DNA of 64,000 bases from the human T2T-CHM13v2.0 reference genome, Homo sapiens. Below are positions 1 to 12,969 of the stretch, piece by piece. The DNA lies in the NCBI RefSeq assembly GCF_009914755.1, contig NC_060925.1. One strand, given 5' to 3'. Under the pieces are notes generated by a model. That model was not told the origin of the DNA. It saw nothing but the letters and a program-made list of their open reading frames with translations, and ran no database searches. The number at the start of each line of letters is the position of its first letter. The first letter of the stretch is position 1. The position numbers and the translations under genes are program-made.

Positions 1-3000
1 GATGCTGGGCAAAAGAAAGAGCGGGGAGGCCAAGAACTTTCATGAGCCCTAAGGACAAATATGAACACCACTGCTGTTGGCTGCCATGGGACCAAAGCAG
101 AATCAAATTTTGTACCCTACAGCTGCCTGTCTACATTGTGCCTACTGATAGTGGCTTCACCCTCCCTGGTGACAGGCCAGTAGCCAGCCTGATGCCATTA
201 CTGCTGCTCCTGGAACAAGGAGGGAGAGTGTAGACTGGGCGCTTTTACATGCCCCAAGGACAAATATCACCACAATTGCTGCAAGCTTCTGTGGGACTAA
301 GGCATGAGCAAACCGTGTGACCCACAGCTGCTTGCCTATGCAGCTCCCACTGAGAGTGGCACCATCCTCCCTGATGGCAGGCCCACAGAAGGGCCACTGC
401 TGCCCCCATTGGAGCATTCTGCCGGTGACCTGGAAATCACCTTGTATTAGTCCATTCTTGCATTGCAGTAAGGAACTACCTGAGACTGAGTAGTTTATGA
501 AGAAAAGAGGCTTAACTGACTCACAGTTCCACAGGCTGTACAGGAAGCATGGTTGGGGAGGCCTCAGGAAACTTACAGTCATGGTGGAAAGTAAAGAGGA
601 AAGAGGTATATCTTCACAGAGCAGAGAAGGAGGAAGAGATTGAAGGGGAAAGTGCTACACACTTTTAAACAACCAGATCTTGTGAGAACTCACTATCATG
701 AGAACAGCAAGGAGGAAGTCTGCCCCCATGATTCAATTACCTTCCACCAGGCCCCTCCTCCAACACTGGGGACTACAATTTGACATGATATTTGGGCGGG
801 GACACAGAGGCAAACCACATCACAGCCCATCCTGCCTATTATGGTCTGTGCCTGAACACACTACCAGGGGACCTAAAGACAAGTTGGCTGGACTGTTCCC
901 ATCCCCCCAGTACTCAAGCACAACACCCAAGGTATTACCCAGCACAGTCCACCACTTTTGGCACCTGAAAACTCCTCCCGGGGTCTGAGGTCAGGACAAC
1001 CCAATCTGCTGATACCACTACAGCTGTCACCAACCTGCATGAGCCACCTGCATGCAAGGGACCTGGTTCATCTAATCCTTCATAGCCACTGTCAATACCA
1101 GCATGGACCACTTGGATTCCAGTGGGTTTCCTTATCACTGCTACTGCCATTGCCCACATCACACCCACTTCCCCAGGGCCCAAGCACCTCACCATATGCC
1201 TGGCCCACTGCTGGCACCTGAGCAAGTTGCCTGAAGTGCAAGAATAAGTCCTCCTGGTCCTCCTAACACTGGAGCCAGCATACACTGCTCTAGGGCTTAG
1301 GTGCAGGCATGCTCAGCCCACTGCTGCCACTGCTGGGACCCTCACTGGTCCACCTGGCATCCTAGTCCCCAGCAAAACTTTACCACACCTTCAATAACTG
1401 CACCTTGAGCCACTGAGGAGATCACAGATACCATTGATGCTGGTTGTGAAAGAAATCATACAAAGACAACACTACTGCATGCACACAATATCAAAACCAA
1501 AATGCCCTACCCCAACAACATATATAATTATCAGGAAAAAGTCCTTCCCTATAAAAGCAAAATCAAAAAATTGGAAGAATCAACAACTATTACACCAAAT
1601 GTATAAATATCAATATAAGGGCACAGGAAACAAGAAAAAGCAAGGAAATACAACATCTCCAAAGAGACACAGTAATTCTACAACAAATCCCAATTTAAAA
1701 AATTACAAAATTCTGGATAAAGAATTCAAAATACTGATTTTAAAGAAGGTCAGTGAGATACAAGAGAATTCTAAAAAACCATACAGAAAAAACATTCAGG
1801 ATATGAATGAGAAATTCACCAAAGAGACAGACATTTTTTAAATGACCAAAGAGAAATTCTGGAACTAAAGAATTCATTGAATTAAATAAAAAATACATTC
1901 AAAAGCTTCAATAATAGACTAGATCAAGCAGAAGAAGAACTCTCAGAACTTGAAAACAAGTCTTTTGAAATAATCCAATCAGACAAAAATAAAGAAAAAA
2001 GAATGAATAAAACCTTTATGACATTTTGAAAAACATAAAGTGACTGAATATATGAATTATAGGTATCCTGGGCTTTTTGGGGAGAGAATGAAAGGGTTAG
2101 GAAATCTATTTAATAAAATAATAAATGAAAAGTTTCCAAGACTAGCAAGAGACTTAGACATCCACACATAGGAGGCTCAAAATTCCCAAACAGATACAAT
2201 GAAAATTATAGTCAAATGGCACATTATAGTCAAATTGTCTTAAGTCAGAAGAGAAGATTCTAAAACCAGCAAGAGAAAGACATCTAGTCACCTATAACAC
2301 CTGTAAAGGAACTCTCATCAGAATAACAGTGCATTTCTCAGCAGACACTTTACAAGCCAGGAGAGAATGGGATGACATATCCAAAGTGCTGAAAAAAATT
2401 GCCACCCAATTATATTATATCAATGAAAATTATGCTTTATAAATTAAGGAGAAATAGTCTTTCCCAGACAAGCAAATGGAAATTGATCACCACTAAACTG
2501 GTTATAAAAGAAATGCTGCAGGTCATCCTAAACCTGGAAATGAAAGGATGACATTTATCGTCATGAAAATCCAAGAAATTATAAAACTCACTGGTAAACC
2601 AAACACACAAATGAGAAAGATAAAGGACCCAAATGGTACAACTACAGAAAACCACCATACCAAAATGATAAGCAATAAGAATAAAATAAAGTAAAAAGGA
2701 ATGTACAAAACAACCAGGAGACAACAATAGGACAGAAAAACTCTAACATATCAATAACAACCTTGAATGCAAATGAATTGGAAAATATAAACTGATAGAA
2801 TGAATAAAAAAACATGATCCAACTATATGTTGCCTACAAGTAACACACTTTAACCTGTAAAGACACATACAGATTTAAGGAAAGGAATGAAAAATGATAT
2901 TTTATGAAAACAGAAACCAAAAATGAGCAGGAGTAGCTATACTTATCTGAGATAAAACAAACTTTAAGTCAAAAATGATATTAAAAGAAAGGCAAAGAAG

Positions 3001-3258
3001 GTCACGATACATTGATAAAGGAATCAATTCAGAAAGAGGAAATAACCATTTTAAATATAAATGTACCTAACACTGGAATACTGAGATTCATAAAACAAAT
3101 GTTACTAGATCTAAAGATTCAGATTGACTGCAATACAGTAACAGTGGGAGATTTAAATAACTCACTGTCAGCGTTAGACAGATTTTCTAAAATACAGTGG
3201 ACTTAAACTGAATTTTAGACCAGATAGACCTAATAGACATTAACAAAACATTATATTC
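1..3258 (+). mobile_element. Old LINE-1 (L1MA/L1M2-type), 5'UTR + decayed ORF1 + start of ORF2, 3'-truncated, interrupted by MSTA
   Basis: ORF 1434-1841 (DKEFKILILKKVSEIQEN...IQDMNEKFTKE) is L1 ORF1p-like; ORF 3012-3206 (IQKEEITILNINVPNTG...VGDLNNSLSALDR) is the L1 endonuclease; GC-richer 5'UTR-like sequence at 1-442 and 823-1430. Confidence 0.85.
443..822 (-). mobile_element. MSTA/MSTB (ERVL-MaLR) solo LTR
   Basis: tgtattagtccattc...caggctgtacaggaagcatgg...aaaccacatca is the reverse complement of the MST LTR; degenerate 5-bp flanks cacct/cagcc. Confidence 0.9.
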
Positions 3259-3527
3259 CAAACACCGCATGTTCTCACTCATAGGGGGGAGTTGAACAAT
3301 GAGAACACTTGGACACAGGGCAGGTGTGAGGTCACAGGGCAGGGAACATCACACACTGGGGCCTTTTGGGGGCTAGGAGGCTGGTGGAGGGATAGCATTA
3401 GGAGAAATACCTAACGTAAATGATGAGTTGATGGGTGCAGCAAACCAACATGGCACATATATACCTATGTATCAAACCTGCACGTTGTGCACATGTACCC
3501 TAGAACTTAAAGTATAATACAAAAAAA
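3257..3527 (+). mobile_element. L1PA (L1PA6-like) 3' end, 5'-truncated
   Basis: ccaaacaccgcatgttctcactcatag...ggagaaatacctaacgtaaatgatgagttgatgggtgcagcaaacc...ccctagaacttaaagtataata + A tail. Confidence 0.9.
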
Positions 3528-3557
3528 TTATAATCCATACAGAAATTGGAAAAAAAA

Positions 3558-3682
3558 AGTAGAGTCATTAGCATTTTGGGGACTAATCATATTAAGCAGC
3601 CAACTCCAGAAACCCCAAAACCAACTAAAGAACTCCATCCTTAATATTTTGCTCCTCTAGAACCACTCCTGGTGCCAAAATC
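3558..3682 (-). mobile_element. HERVL internal 5' fragment with primer-binding site
   Basis: Reverse complement reads gattttggcaccaggagtggttctagagg...ggtttctggagttggctgcttaatatgattag, the HERVL-int start directly after the LTR. Confidence 0.8.
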
Positions 3683-3722
3683 TCTATTAGTCAAGGTTCC
3701 CTAGAAGGACAGAACTAATAGA

Positions 3723-3771
<49 letters not shown>

Positions 3772-4160
3772 GGAGTTTATTAGGAAGTATTAACTCATAT
3801 GATCACAAGGTCTCACAATAGGCCATCTGCAAGCTGAGAAGCAAGGAAGCCAGTCTGAGTCTCAAAGCTGAAGAACTTGGGGTCCAATGTTTGAGGGCAG
3901 GAAGCAACAAGCACAGGAGAAAGATGTAGGCTGGGAGGCTAAGCCAGTCTAGCTAATTCATGTTTTTCTGCCTGTTTTGTATCCTGACCATGCTGGCAGC
4001 TGATTAGATGGTGCCCACCCAGATTAAAGGTGGGTCTGCCTTTCCCAGCCCCTTCACTCAAATGTTAATCTCCTTTGGTAACACCCTCACAGACATACTC
4101 AGGATCAATATTTTGCAGCCTTCAATCCAATCAATTTGACACTCAATATTAGCTATCACA
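3683..4160 (-). mobile_element. MLT2A1-like HERVL 5' LTR
   Basis: Reverse complement starts tgtgatagctaatattgagtgtcaaattgattggattgaagg; length about 440 bp excluding the internal (GT)n. Confidence 0.85.
3723..3768. repeat. (GT)n microsatellite inside MLT2A LTR
   Basis: About 20 uninterrupted GT units. Confidence 0.95.
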
Positions 4161-4424
4161 TATATTATTAAGCTTAACCCAATTAGTGAACTATATCTGC
4201 CTGAATTTTAATTGGAAGCTAGATATACATAGTGTTTCATCAGAAATCACTTTTCTCTATTATTTTGACTAAACTAATTCAACTCAAAATAATATTGGTA
4301 TATTTTGTGAATAAAAATTTGCTTATTTTAAAGCTTAGGAAATTGAATGCTTTTTCTGCGTGGCACATTTTTATTTATTAGGTCTTACCAATTCAAATCC
4401 AAATATATACGTTTGTGAAATGTC

Positions 4425-4476
4425 AGAATAAAATAAAATTCACTTACACTAGAATAAAATAAAATTCACTTACACT
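4425..4476. repeat. Perfect 26-bp tandem duplication
   Basis: agaataaaataaaattcacttacact x2. Confidence 0.95.
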
Positions 4477-4601
4477 TAAAATGTTGCTGAATATAGTTTA
4501 AAATCTTTAAATGATTTCAAATGAACTTGAGATATGTCTTTTGCCTTTTATAACCACATTTAATGTCACTTTTCATTTTCTCTTTGAAAGAGGAAGTAGT
4601 A

Positions 4602-4934
<333 letters not shown>

Positions 4935-6022
4935 TTAATTCAGTGCTCCATTTTAGAATTAATAAATTTTTAAAAATTTAACTGGTAAAAAAATGTAAAC
5001 AAAAAGGTTAATAGGCAACTCTATATAAAACTAGATCCATAGTTGGGAGTGGCATTGAATTTACAACACATTTTTTTCATGTGTTATTGTGGTGAAATAT
5101 ATATCATTATTTTCTATAAAATATAATGTTGGACAAAGATGCAAGAAATTGGGATTATGGGACTGTGGAATAAAGGCAACTCTTGAAAGTTTTATGAATC
5201 TAGAAAGATGACCAGCATGCTGAAATAAAAATGTATTTGAAATAGGTTCTATTCCTTTTTGGGGGTTCTAATATGAAAGCCAGCATCTCACACCCTTGAA
5301 TTTTTGGCACTAATAAACACTAGAAGTTATATGCAAGGAAACAAATATTACCTTGACCAGTCCAATCAGCTTCAACCATACTGGCTATTAATGCTATGTT
5401 TAAAATTGCAGTCAGATCACCCCTGCTTCCATAGGGGTGTATGGGATACATGAGTGGTTGAGTTTTAAACAAAGATAACAGGAAATCAGAAATGTTGGCT
5501 TTCATCTTTACTCCCAAATATTCCTAGGAAATTCCAAGGGATAGACTACCACAATCATTTGATATCAAGCCAAAAAGCACATGCCACCAAGAGATGAGTG
5601 TTTGACAATTCCTGGGCAAATGTTCCTTCTGAGCAATGACCTCAGTGGGTGGAAAAGGTAAGCTATTGTATCTGTAAAAGCTGTATAAATCATGAACCCA
5701 GTAACCTAAAAGCTCTAGAGGACAGACTCAAAATACATTTTAAAATACACTACTCAAATTCTTACTCTCTTATGAATGCATATTTAATTTGTGGTAAAAT
5801 CTTCTTCAAACTATTCCACTCTTTGGGCTAAATTCAAACTAGATAAATTTTATGGCCCTATTACAATTATTATTTCATTTTTCTGGAACCGATTTTTGTG
5901 AAGAACAAGGGATAGTGATTCAGATTTTAATTCAAATTCATTTATTTTATCAAACTCTCACAATGTCCTTGATTCAACTCACCTTTGTGACCCTAAGAAT
6001 AAAAAATATTCCATATTTTTTC

Positions 6023-7016
6023 CTTCTTCTTTTTATTATTTATTTATTTTTATAAATAATATGTTTTGGGGGAACAGGTGGTGTTTGGTTACAGGAATAA
6101 GTTCTCTAGTGGTGATCTCTGAGATTCTGGTGCTCCCATCACCCAAGCAATGTACACTGTACGCAGTGTGTAGTCTTTTATAACTTGACCTCCTTCCATT
6201 CTTTCACCTTGGTCTCCAACGTCTGTTGTATCATTCTAATGCCTTTGCATCCTCATAGCTTAACACACACTTATGAGTGAGAATATATGATGTTTGGCTT
6301 TCCATTCCTGAGTTACTTGACTTAGAATAATGGTCTCCAATTTCATCCAGGTTGTGGCAAATGTCATTATTTCATTCCTTATTACAGCAGAGTAGTAGTC
6401 CATGGTGTGTATATATATACCATATTTTCTTTATCCACTCGTTGATTGATGGGCATTTGAGCTGGTTCCATATTTTTGCAATTACAAATTGTGTTGCTGT
6501 AAACATGTGTGTGCAAGTATCTTTTTCGTATAATGACTTCTTTTCCTCTGGGTAGATACCTAGTAATGGCATTGCTGTATCAAATGGTACATCTACCTTT
6601 AGTTCTGTCAGGAATCTCCACACTGTTTTCCGTAGTGGTTGTACTAGTTTACATTCCAACCAACAGTGTAAGATTGTTCCCTTTCACCACATTCAAGCCA
6701 ATATCCATTATTTTTGTATTTTTTTATTATGGTCATTCTTGCAGGAATAAGCTGATATTGTATTGTGGTTTTGATTTGCATTTCTCTTATAACTGGTGAT
6801 GTGGAGCATTTTTTATATGTTTGTTAGCCATTTGTATATCTTCTTTTGAGAATTGTCTATTCATATCCTTAGCCTATTTTTTGATGGGTTTGTTTGTTTT
6901 TTTCTTGCTGATTTGTGTGAGTTCCTTGTAGACTCTGGATATTAGTCTTTTGTCAGATGTATAGATTGTGAATATTTTCTCCCACTCTGTGGGTTGTCTG
7001 TTTACTCTGCTGCTGT

Positions 7017-7048
<32 letters not shown>

Positions 7049-10000
7049 TACTGTGCTGAAGCTTTTTAATTTAGTTAAGTCCCATCTATTCATCTTTGTT
7101 TTTGTTACATTTGCTTTTGGGTTCTTAGTCATAGAGTCTTTGCCTAAGCCAATGTCTAGAAGGGTTGTTCCAATGTTATCTTCCAGAATTTTTATGGTTT
7201 CAAGTCTTATAATTAAGTCTTTGCTCCATTTTGAGTTGATTTTTGTATAAGGTGAGAGATAAGGATCCAGTTTCATTCATCTGCATGTGGCTTGATAGTT
7301 ATTGCAGCACCATTTGTTGAATATCATGTCCTTTCCCCACTTTATGTTTTTGTTAGCCTTGTTAAAGATCAGATGACTGTAAGTATTTGGCTTTATTTCT
7401 GGGTTCTCTATTCTGTTCCATTGGTCTATATGCCTGCTTTTATTCCAGTTCCATGCTGTTTTGGTGACTACGGCCTTAAAATATAGTTTGAAATAGGGTA
7501 ACGTAATGCCTCCAGATTTGTTCTTTTTGCTGTCTTGCTTTGGCTATGTGGGCTCCTTTTAGGTTCCGTATGAATTTTAGAACTGTTTTTTTCTAGTTCT
7601 TGAAGAATGATGGTGATATTTTGATGGAAATTGCATTGAATTTGTAGATTGCTTTTGGAAGTATGGTCATTTTCACAATATTGATTCTACCCCTCCATGA
7701 GCATGGAGTGTGTTTCCATTAATTTGTGTTGTCTATGATTTCTTTCAGCAGTATTTTGTAGTTTTCCTTGTGGAGATCTTTCACTTCCTTGTGGAGATCT
7801 TTCACTTCCTTGGTTAGGCATATTCCTAAATATTTTATACTTTTGCAGCTATTGTAAAAAAGGTTGAGTTCTTAATTTGATTCTCGTCTTGGTCGCTGTT
7901 AGCGTATAGCGGGTGTACATTATTTTGTGTACATACATTTATTATTCAAAGACTTTGCTAAACTCATTCCCAGTCCTTGGAGCTTATTGGATGAGTCTTT
8001 AGGGTTTTCTAGGTATATGATCATGTCACCAGCAAACAGTGACCGTTTGACTTCCTCTTTACCGATTTGGAAGCCCTTTATTTCTATCTCTTGTCTGATT
8101 GCTCTGGGTAGGGCTTCCAGTATTACGTTGAATAGAAGTGGTGAAAGTGGGCCTCCTTGTCTTTTTTCAGTTCTCAGGGGGAGTGTTTCAACTTTTCCCC
8201 TTTCAGTACAATGTTTGCTATGGGTTTGTCATAGATGGCTTTTATGAACTTAAGGTGTGTTCCTTCTATGCCAATTTTGTCAAGTGTTTTAATCATAAAA
8301 GGATGCTAGATTTTGTCAAGTGCTTTTCCTGCATTTATTGAGATAATCATGTGATCTTTGTTTTTAATTCTGTTTATGTGTAGCATCACATTTATTAACA
8401 TTTATTGTGGATGTTAAGTCATCCCTGCATCACTGGTATGAAACTCACTTGATTGTGGTGGATTTTTTTTTTTTTTTGATATGCTGTTGGATTCCGTTAG
8501 CTAGTGTTTTGTTGAGGATTTTTGCATCAATGCTCATCAGGGATATTGGTCTGTAGTTTTCCTTTTTTATTTTATTATTTTCTGGTTTGGGTATTAGGGT
8601 GATACTGGCTTCATAGAATGATTTAGGGAAGATTCTCTGTTTATCTTTTGGAATAGTGCCAGTAGGGTTGGTACCAATTCTTTTTTGAATGTCTGTTACA
8701 GCTCTGAATCTGTTTGGTCCTGAATTTATTTTAATTTTTTGTTGGTAAATTTTTAATTAAAAACAAAACAGGAGATATTACTACTGATACCACAGAAATA
8801 CAAAAGATCATTCAAGGCTACTATGAACACCTTTATGTGCATAAAATAGAAAACTCATAGGAGATGGATTAACTCCTGGAAATATACAAGCATCCTAGAT
8901 TAAACCAGGAAGAAATAGAAACTGTGGCATCAATAGTAATATCTCCCATTTCTTTTCTTCTAATTGAGCTTATTTGGATCTTCTCTCCTCCTTTTTTGGT
9001 TAATCTCACCAGTGGCTTATCAATTTTATTTATCTTTTTAAAGAAGCAGATTTTGTTTTATTTATCTTTTCTATTTTTTTGTTTTTGTTTTTGTTTCAAT
9101 TTCATTTAGTCCTGTTCTGATCTTGGTTATTTCTTTTCTTCTCCCTCCTGGGTTTGGGTTTGATTTGCTCTGTTTCTCTAGCTCCTTGAGGTATGACCTT
9201 AGATTGTCAATTTGTGCTCTTTCAGACTTCTTAATGTAAGCATTTAATACTATGAAATGTCCTTTTAGCACTGCTTTTGCTGTATCCCAGAGGTTGTGAT
9301 AGGTTTTGTCACTATTCTCATTCAGTTCAAATACGCTTTTAATTTCCATCTTAATTGTTGGCTCAACAATCATTCGGGAGTGGGCTATTTAATTTCCATG
9401 TATTTTCATGGCTTTGAGGATTCCTTTTGAAGTTAATTTCCAGTTTTATCCCACTGTGGGCTGAGAGAGCACCTGCTATAATTTCAATTTTTTGAATTTG
9501 TTGAGACTCATTTTGTGGCATATCATATGGTCTATCTTATAGAATGTTCTATGTACTGATGAGTAGAATGTATATTCTGCAGTTGTTGGGTAGAATGTTC
9601 CGTAAATATCTGTTAAGTCCATTTGTTCTAGGATATAGTTTAAGTTTATTGTTTTTTTTTTTTCTTAACTTTCTGCCTTGATAACATGTCTAGTGCTGTA
9701 AGGGGAGTATTGAAGTCCCCCATTATTATTGTGTTGCTGTCTATCTCACTTATTAGGTCTAATAGTAATTGTTTTATAAATTTGAGAACTCCATTGTTAG
9801 GTGCATGTATACATTTAGTATTGTGATATTTTCCTGTTGGACTAGTCCTTATATCATTATATAAAGTCCCTGCTTGTCTTTTTTAACTGCTGTTGCTTTA
9901 AAATTTTTTCGGTCTGACATAAGAATAGCTAATCCTGCTCACTTTGGTGTCTAGTTGCATGAAATATCTTTTTCCACCCCTTTACCTTAAATTTATGTGA

Positions 10001-12248
10001 GTCTTTATGTGTCAGGTAAATTTCTTGAAGACAGCAGACACATGGTTGTTGAATTCTTATCCATTCTGCAATTCTGTATCTTTTAAGTGGAGTGTTTAGG
10101 TTATTTATATTCAATGTGTGTATTAAGGTGTGAGGTACTATTCTATTCATAGTGCTACTTGTTGCCTGAATGTCTTTTTTTTTTTCATTGTGTTAATGTT
10201 TTATAGGTCCTGTGAGATTTAGGCTTTAAAAATATTCTATTTTGGTGTATTTCAAGATTTATTCCAAGATTTAGAGCTTCTTTTAGCAGTACTTGTAGTG
10301 CTGGCTTGGTAGTGGCAAATTCTCTCAGCATTTGTTTGTCTGGAAAAACTGTATCTTTCTTTCATTTATGAAGCTTAGTTTTCACTGTATACAAAATTCT
10401 TGCCTGATAATTGTTTTGTTTAAGGGCACTAAAGATAGGACCCCAATCCCTTCTGGCTTGTAGAATTTTCTACTGAGAAATCTGTGTTAATCGTATAGGT
10501 TTACCTTTATAGGTTACCTGGTGCTTTTGTCTCAGAGCTCTTAAGATTCTTTCCTTCATCTTCACTTTAGATAATCTAATGACTATGTGCCTAGGCAATA
10601 ATCTTTTTGTGATGAATTTCCAAGGTGTCCTTTGAGCTTCTTGTATTTGGATGTCTAGATCTCTGGGAAGGCTGGGGAAGTTTGTCTGGATTATTCCCTC
10701 AAATATGTTTTCCAAACTTTTAGATTTCTCTTCTTTCTCAGGAACACCAATTATTCTAAAGTTTGGTCATTTAACATAGTCCCAAACTTCTTGGAGTCTT
10801 TGTTCATTTTTTAAATTCTTTTTTCTTCATCTTTGTCAGATCGGGTTAATTTGAAAGCCTTGTCTTTGAGCTCTGAAGTTTTTTCTCCTACTTGTTTGAT
10901 TCTGTTGCTGAGACTTTCCAGCACATTTTGCATTTCTCTAAGTTTGGCCCTCATTTTCAGAAGTTGTGTTTGTTTTTTATTTATGCTATCTATTTCCCTG
11001 GAGATTTTCCCATTCATATCCTGTATCACTTTTTTGATTTATTTAAGTTGGACTTCACCTTTCTCTAGTGCCTTGTTGATTGGCTTAAAAGTTGACTTTC
11101 TACATTATTTTTCTGACAATTCAGAGATTTTATTTTGGTTTGTATCCATTGTGTTGAGCTGGTGTGATCTTTCGGGTGTATTAAAGAACCTTGTTTTGTC
11201 ATATTACCAGAATTTTTTTTCTAGTTTCTTCTTATTTGGGTAGACTATGTCAAAGGGAAGAACTGGAACTCAAGGGCTGCTGTTTAGATTCCTTCGTCCA
11301 ACGGGGTTCTCCCTTGATGTGGTGTCCTCCCATTTCCCCTAGGGACTGGGCTTCCTGAGAGCCAAACTGCAGTGATTGTTATTTCTCTTTTGGATCTAGC
11401 CATCCAGCAGAGCTACCAGGCTCCGGGGTGGTTCTGGGGACTGTCTGCCAAGAGTCCTGTGATGTAACCTGTCTTCAGGTCTCTCAGTGTGGATACCAGA
11501 ACCTGCTCCAGTAGAGGTAGCAGGGAAGAGAAGTGGACTCTGTAAGACCCCTTGGTTGTATTTTTGTTAAGTGTGCTGGTTTTGTGTTGGTTGGCTTCCA
11601 GCCAGGAGATGGCGCTTTCAGGAGCGCACCAGCTGCAGTAGTATAGGGAGGATCAGGTGGTGGGCAGGGTCATAGAGCTCCCAAGAATTATGTCCTTTGT
11701 CTTTGGCTACCAGGGCAGGTAGAGAAAGACCATCAGGTGGGGACAGGGCTAGGCGTGTCTGAGCTCAGACTCTTCTTCAGTGGGGCTTGCTGTGGCTGCT
11801 GTGGAGGATGGGGATGTGGTGGTTCCCAGGCCAACAGAGTTATGATCCAGGGGATTATGTCTGCCTCTTCTGCGTCACACAGGTTGCCAGGGAAGTGACA
11901 GGCCTCACCCAGCTCCCATGCAGCCTACAGCCTGAAAGGCTGGTCTCACTCCCATCATGCCCCACCCCCCCAACTGTACTGAGTTTATTTCCAGGCAGCC
12001 AGTGAGCAGGGCTGAGTTTACCCCAGGCTACAAGCCTCCCAAGTGAGTAAGCAAGCCAACTCACAGCTCCTCGGCTGCCTCACGGAGCTTGGAGCAGCAA
12101 TCCACCTCCTTCAAAGGGTCTGTGGATTCTCTTGGCTTTCCTGGTATGTTCTCGTGGTAGTTCTTGGAGCAAAAGTTAATGACGTGGGTCTCCACCAGCT
12201 GCTCTGTCCACCTGAGTGGGAGCTGCAAGTTAGTCCTCCTGCGTGGGT
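6023..12248 (-). mobile_element. Near-full-length L1PB (L1PB1/2-type 3' end, L1PBa-type 5'UTR), ORFs disrupted
   Basis: L1PB 3'UTR at 6050-6300; ORF2 remnants (6372-6659 C-terminal, 6953-7276, 9071-9373, 9929-10150 EN: LNINNLNTPLKR...CCLQE); ORF1 remnants 10470-11029; GC-rich 5'UTR 11250-12248; TSD catattttttc at 6012-6022 and 12249-12259. Confidence 0.93.
7764..7812. repeat. 21-bp tandem duplication within L1PB
   Basis: ttccttgtggagatctttcac x2 + ttccttg. Confidence 0.93.
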
Positions 12249-12444
12249 CATATTTTTTCTGGCTTTTGTTTTTCTTTTTACTTATGATCCAAATTGTTCT
12301 CTTTTTTCTCAATTCAGTAATGTACCTCATTCTGTCAATCTTGACATCTTTGCCCCTACCTATATAATAGATCCTCCCATCTACTTTCCTTCCAATAAAT
12401 TGACCAACTCAAAATGGAACCAGAGGATTTTGTAAATGTGTGAG

Positions 12445-12530
12445 TTTAATAAGTCACCTCTGAGCTTGAGTTTCCTAATTTTTAAACTGTGAATACAGAC
12501 TTACATATATTTCAATATCTCATCTAGATT
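12445..12530 (+). mobile_element. MIR fragment
   Basis: aagtcacctctgagcttgagtttcctaatttttaaa resembles the MIR core. Confidence 0.5.
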
Positions 12531-12969
12531 TTAAAGGTATGAAACAAACCAAAAAAATATGGTAGATAGAGAAATATAAGAGTCTGTGAGAAAAAATCTG
12601 GAAACTAGACACTAGGCACTAGCAGTAAATTAAATAACATGAAATAACCTCTTGCCTGTTCTCTGGTGCTATTCAATGTTTGCTTAAAAGCAGGACAATT
12701 TTTCCTTATGGTGGATTGCTTGTTACTTCTAAGTTAAGATAGTAAAAACACTAGACTGGATATAAACAAGAGCAAAGAGGGTAATTTTGGGCATTGTCCA
12801 ATAAGTTGGATAATAAAACACACACTATGATGCTATGATTATGAGTAACAGCCATCATCTCTGCCTCTGATTAAAAAAGAGGAAACAATTTCTTTGTGAA
12901 ATATGTAACTGAAATTGAGATAAGGTAGCAATGGGATGTGATTCCTCCTTCACATATTTTTTTCTTTAC

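Noticed and set aside
1434-3206. ORFs with L1 ORF1p/endonuclease similarity as functional genes
   Set aside because: Short, frameshifted and stop-interrupted fragments of a dead LINE-1; the same applies to ORFs at 6372-11029 and 40263-41161
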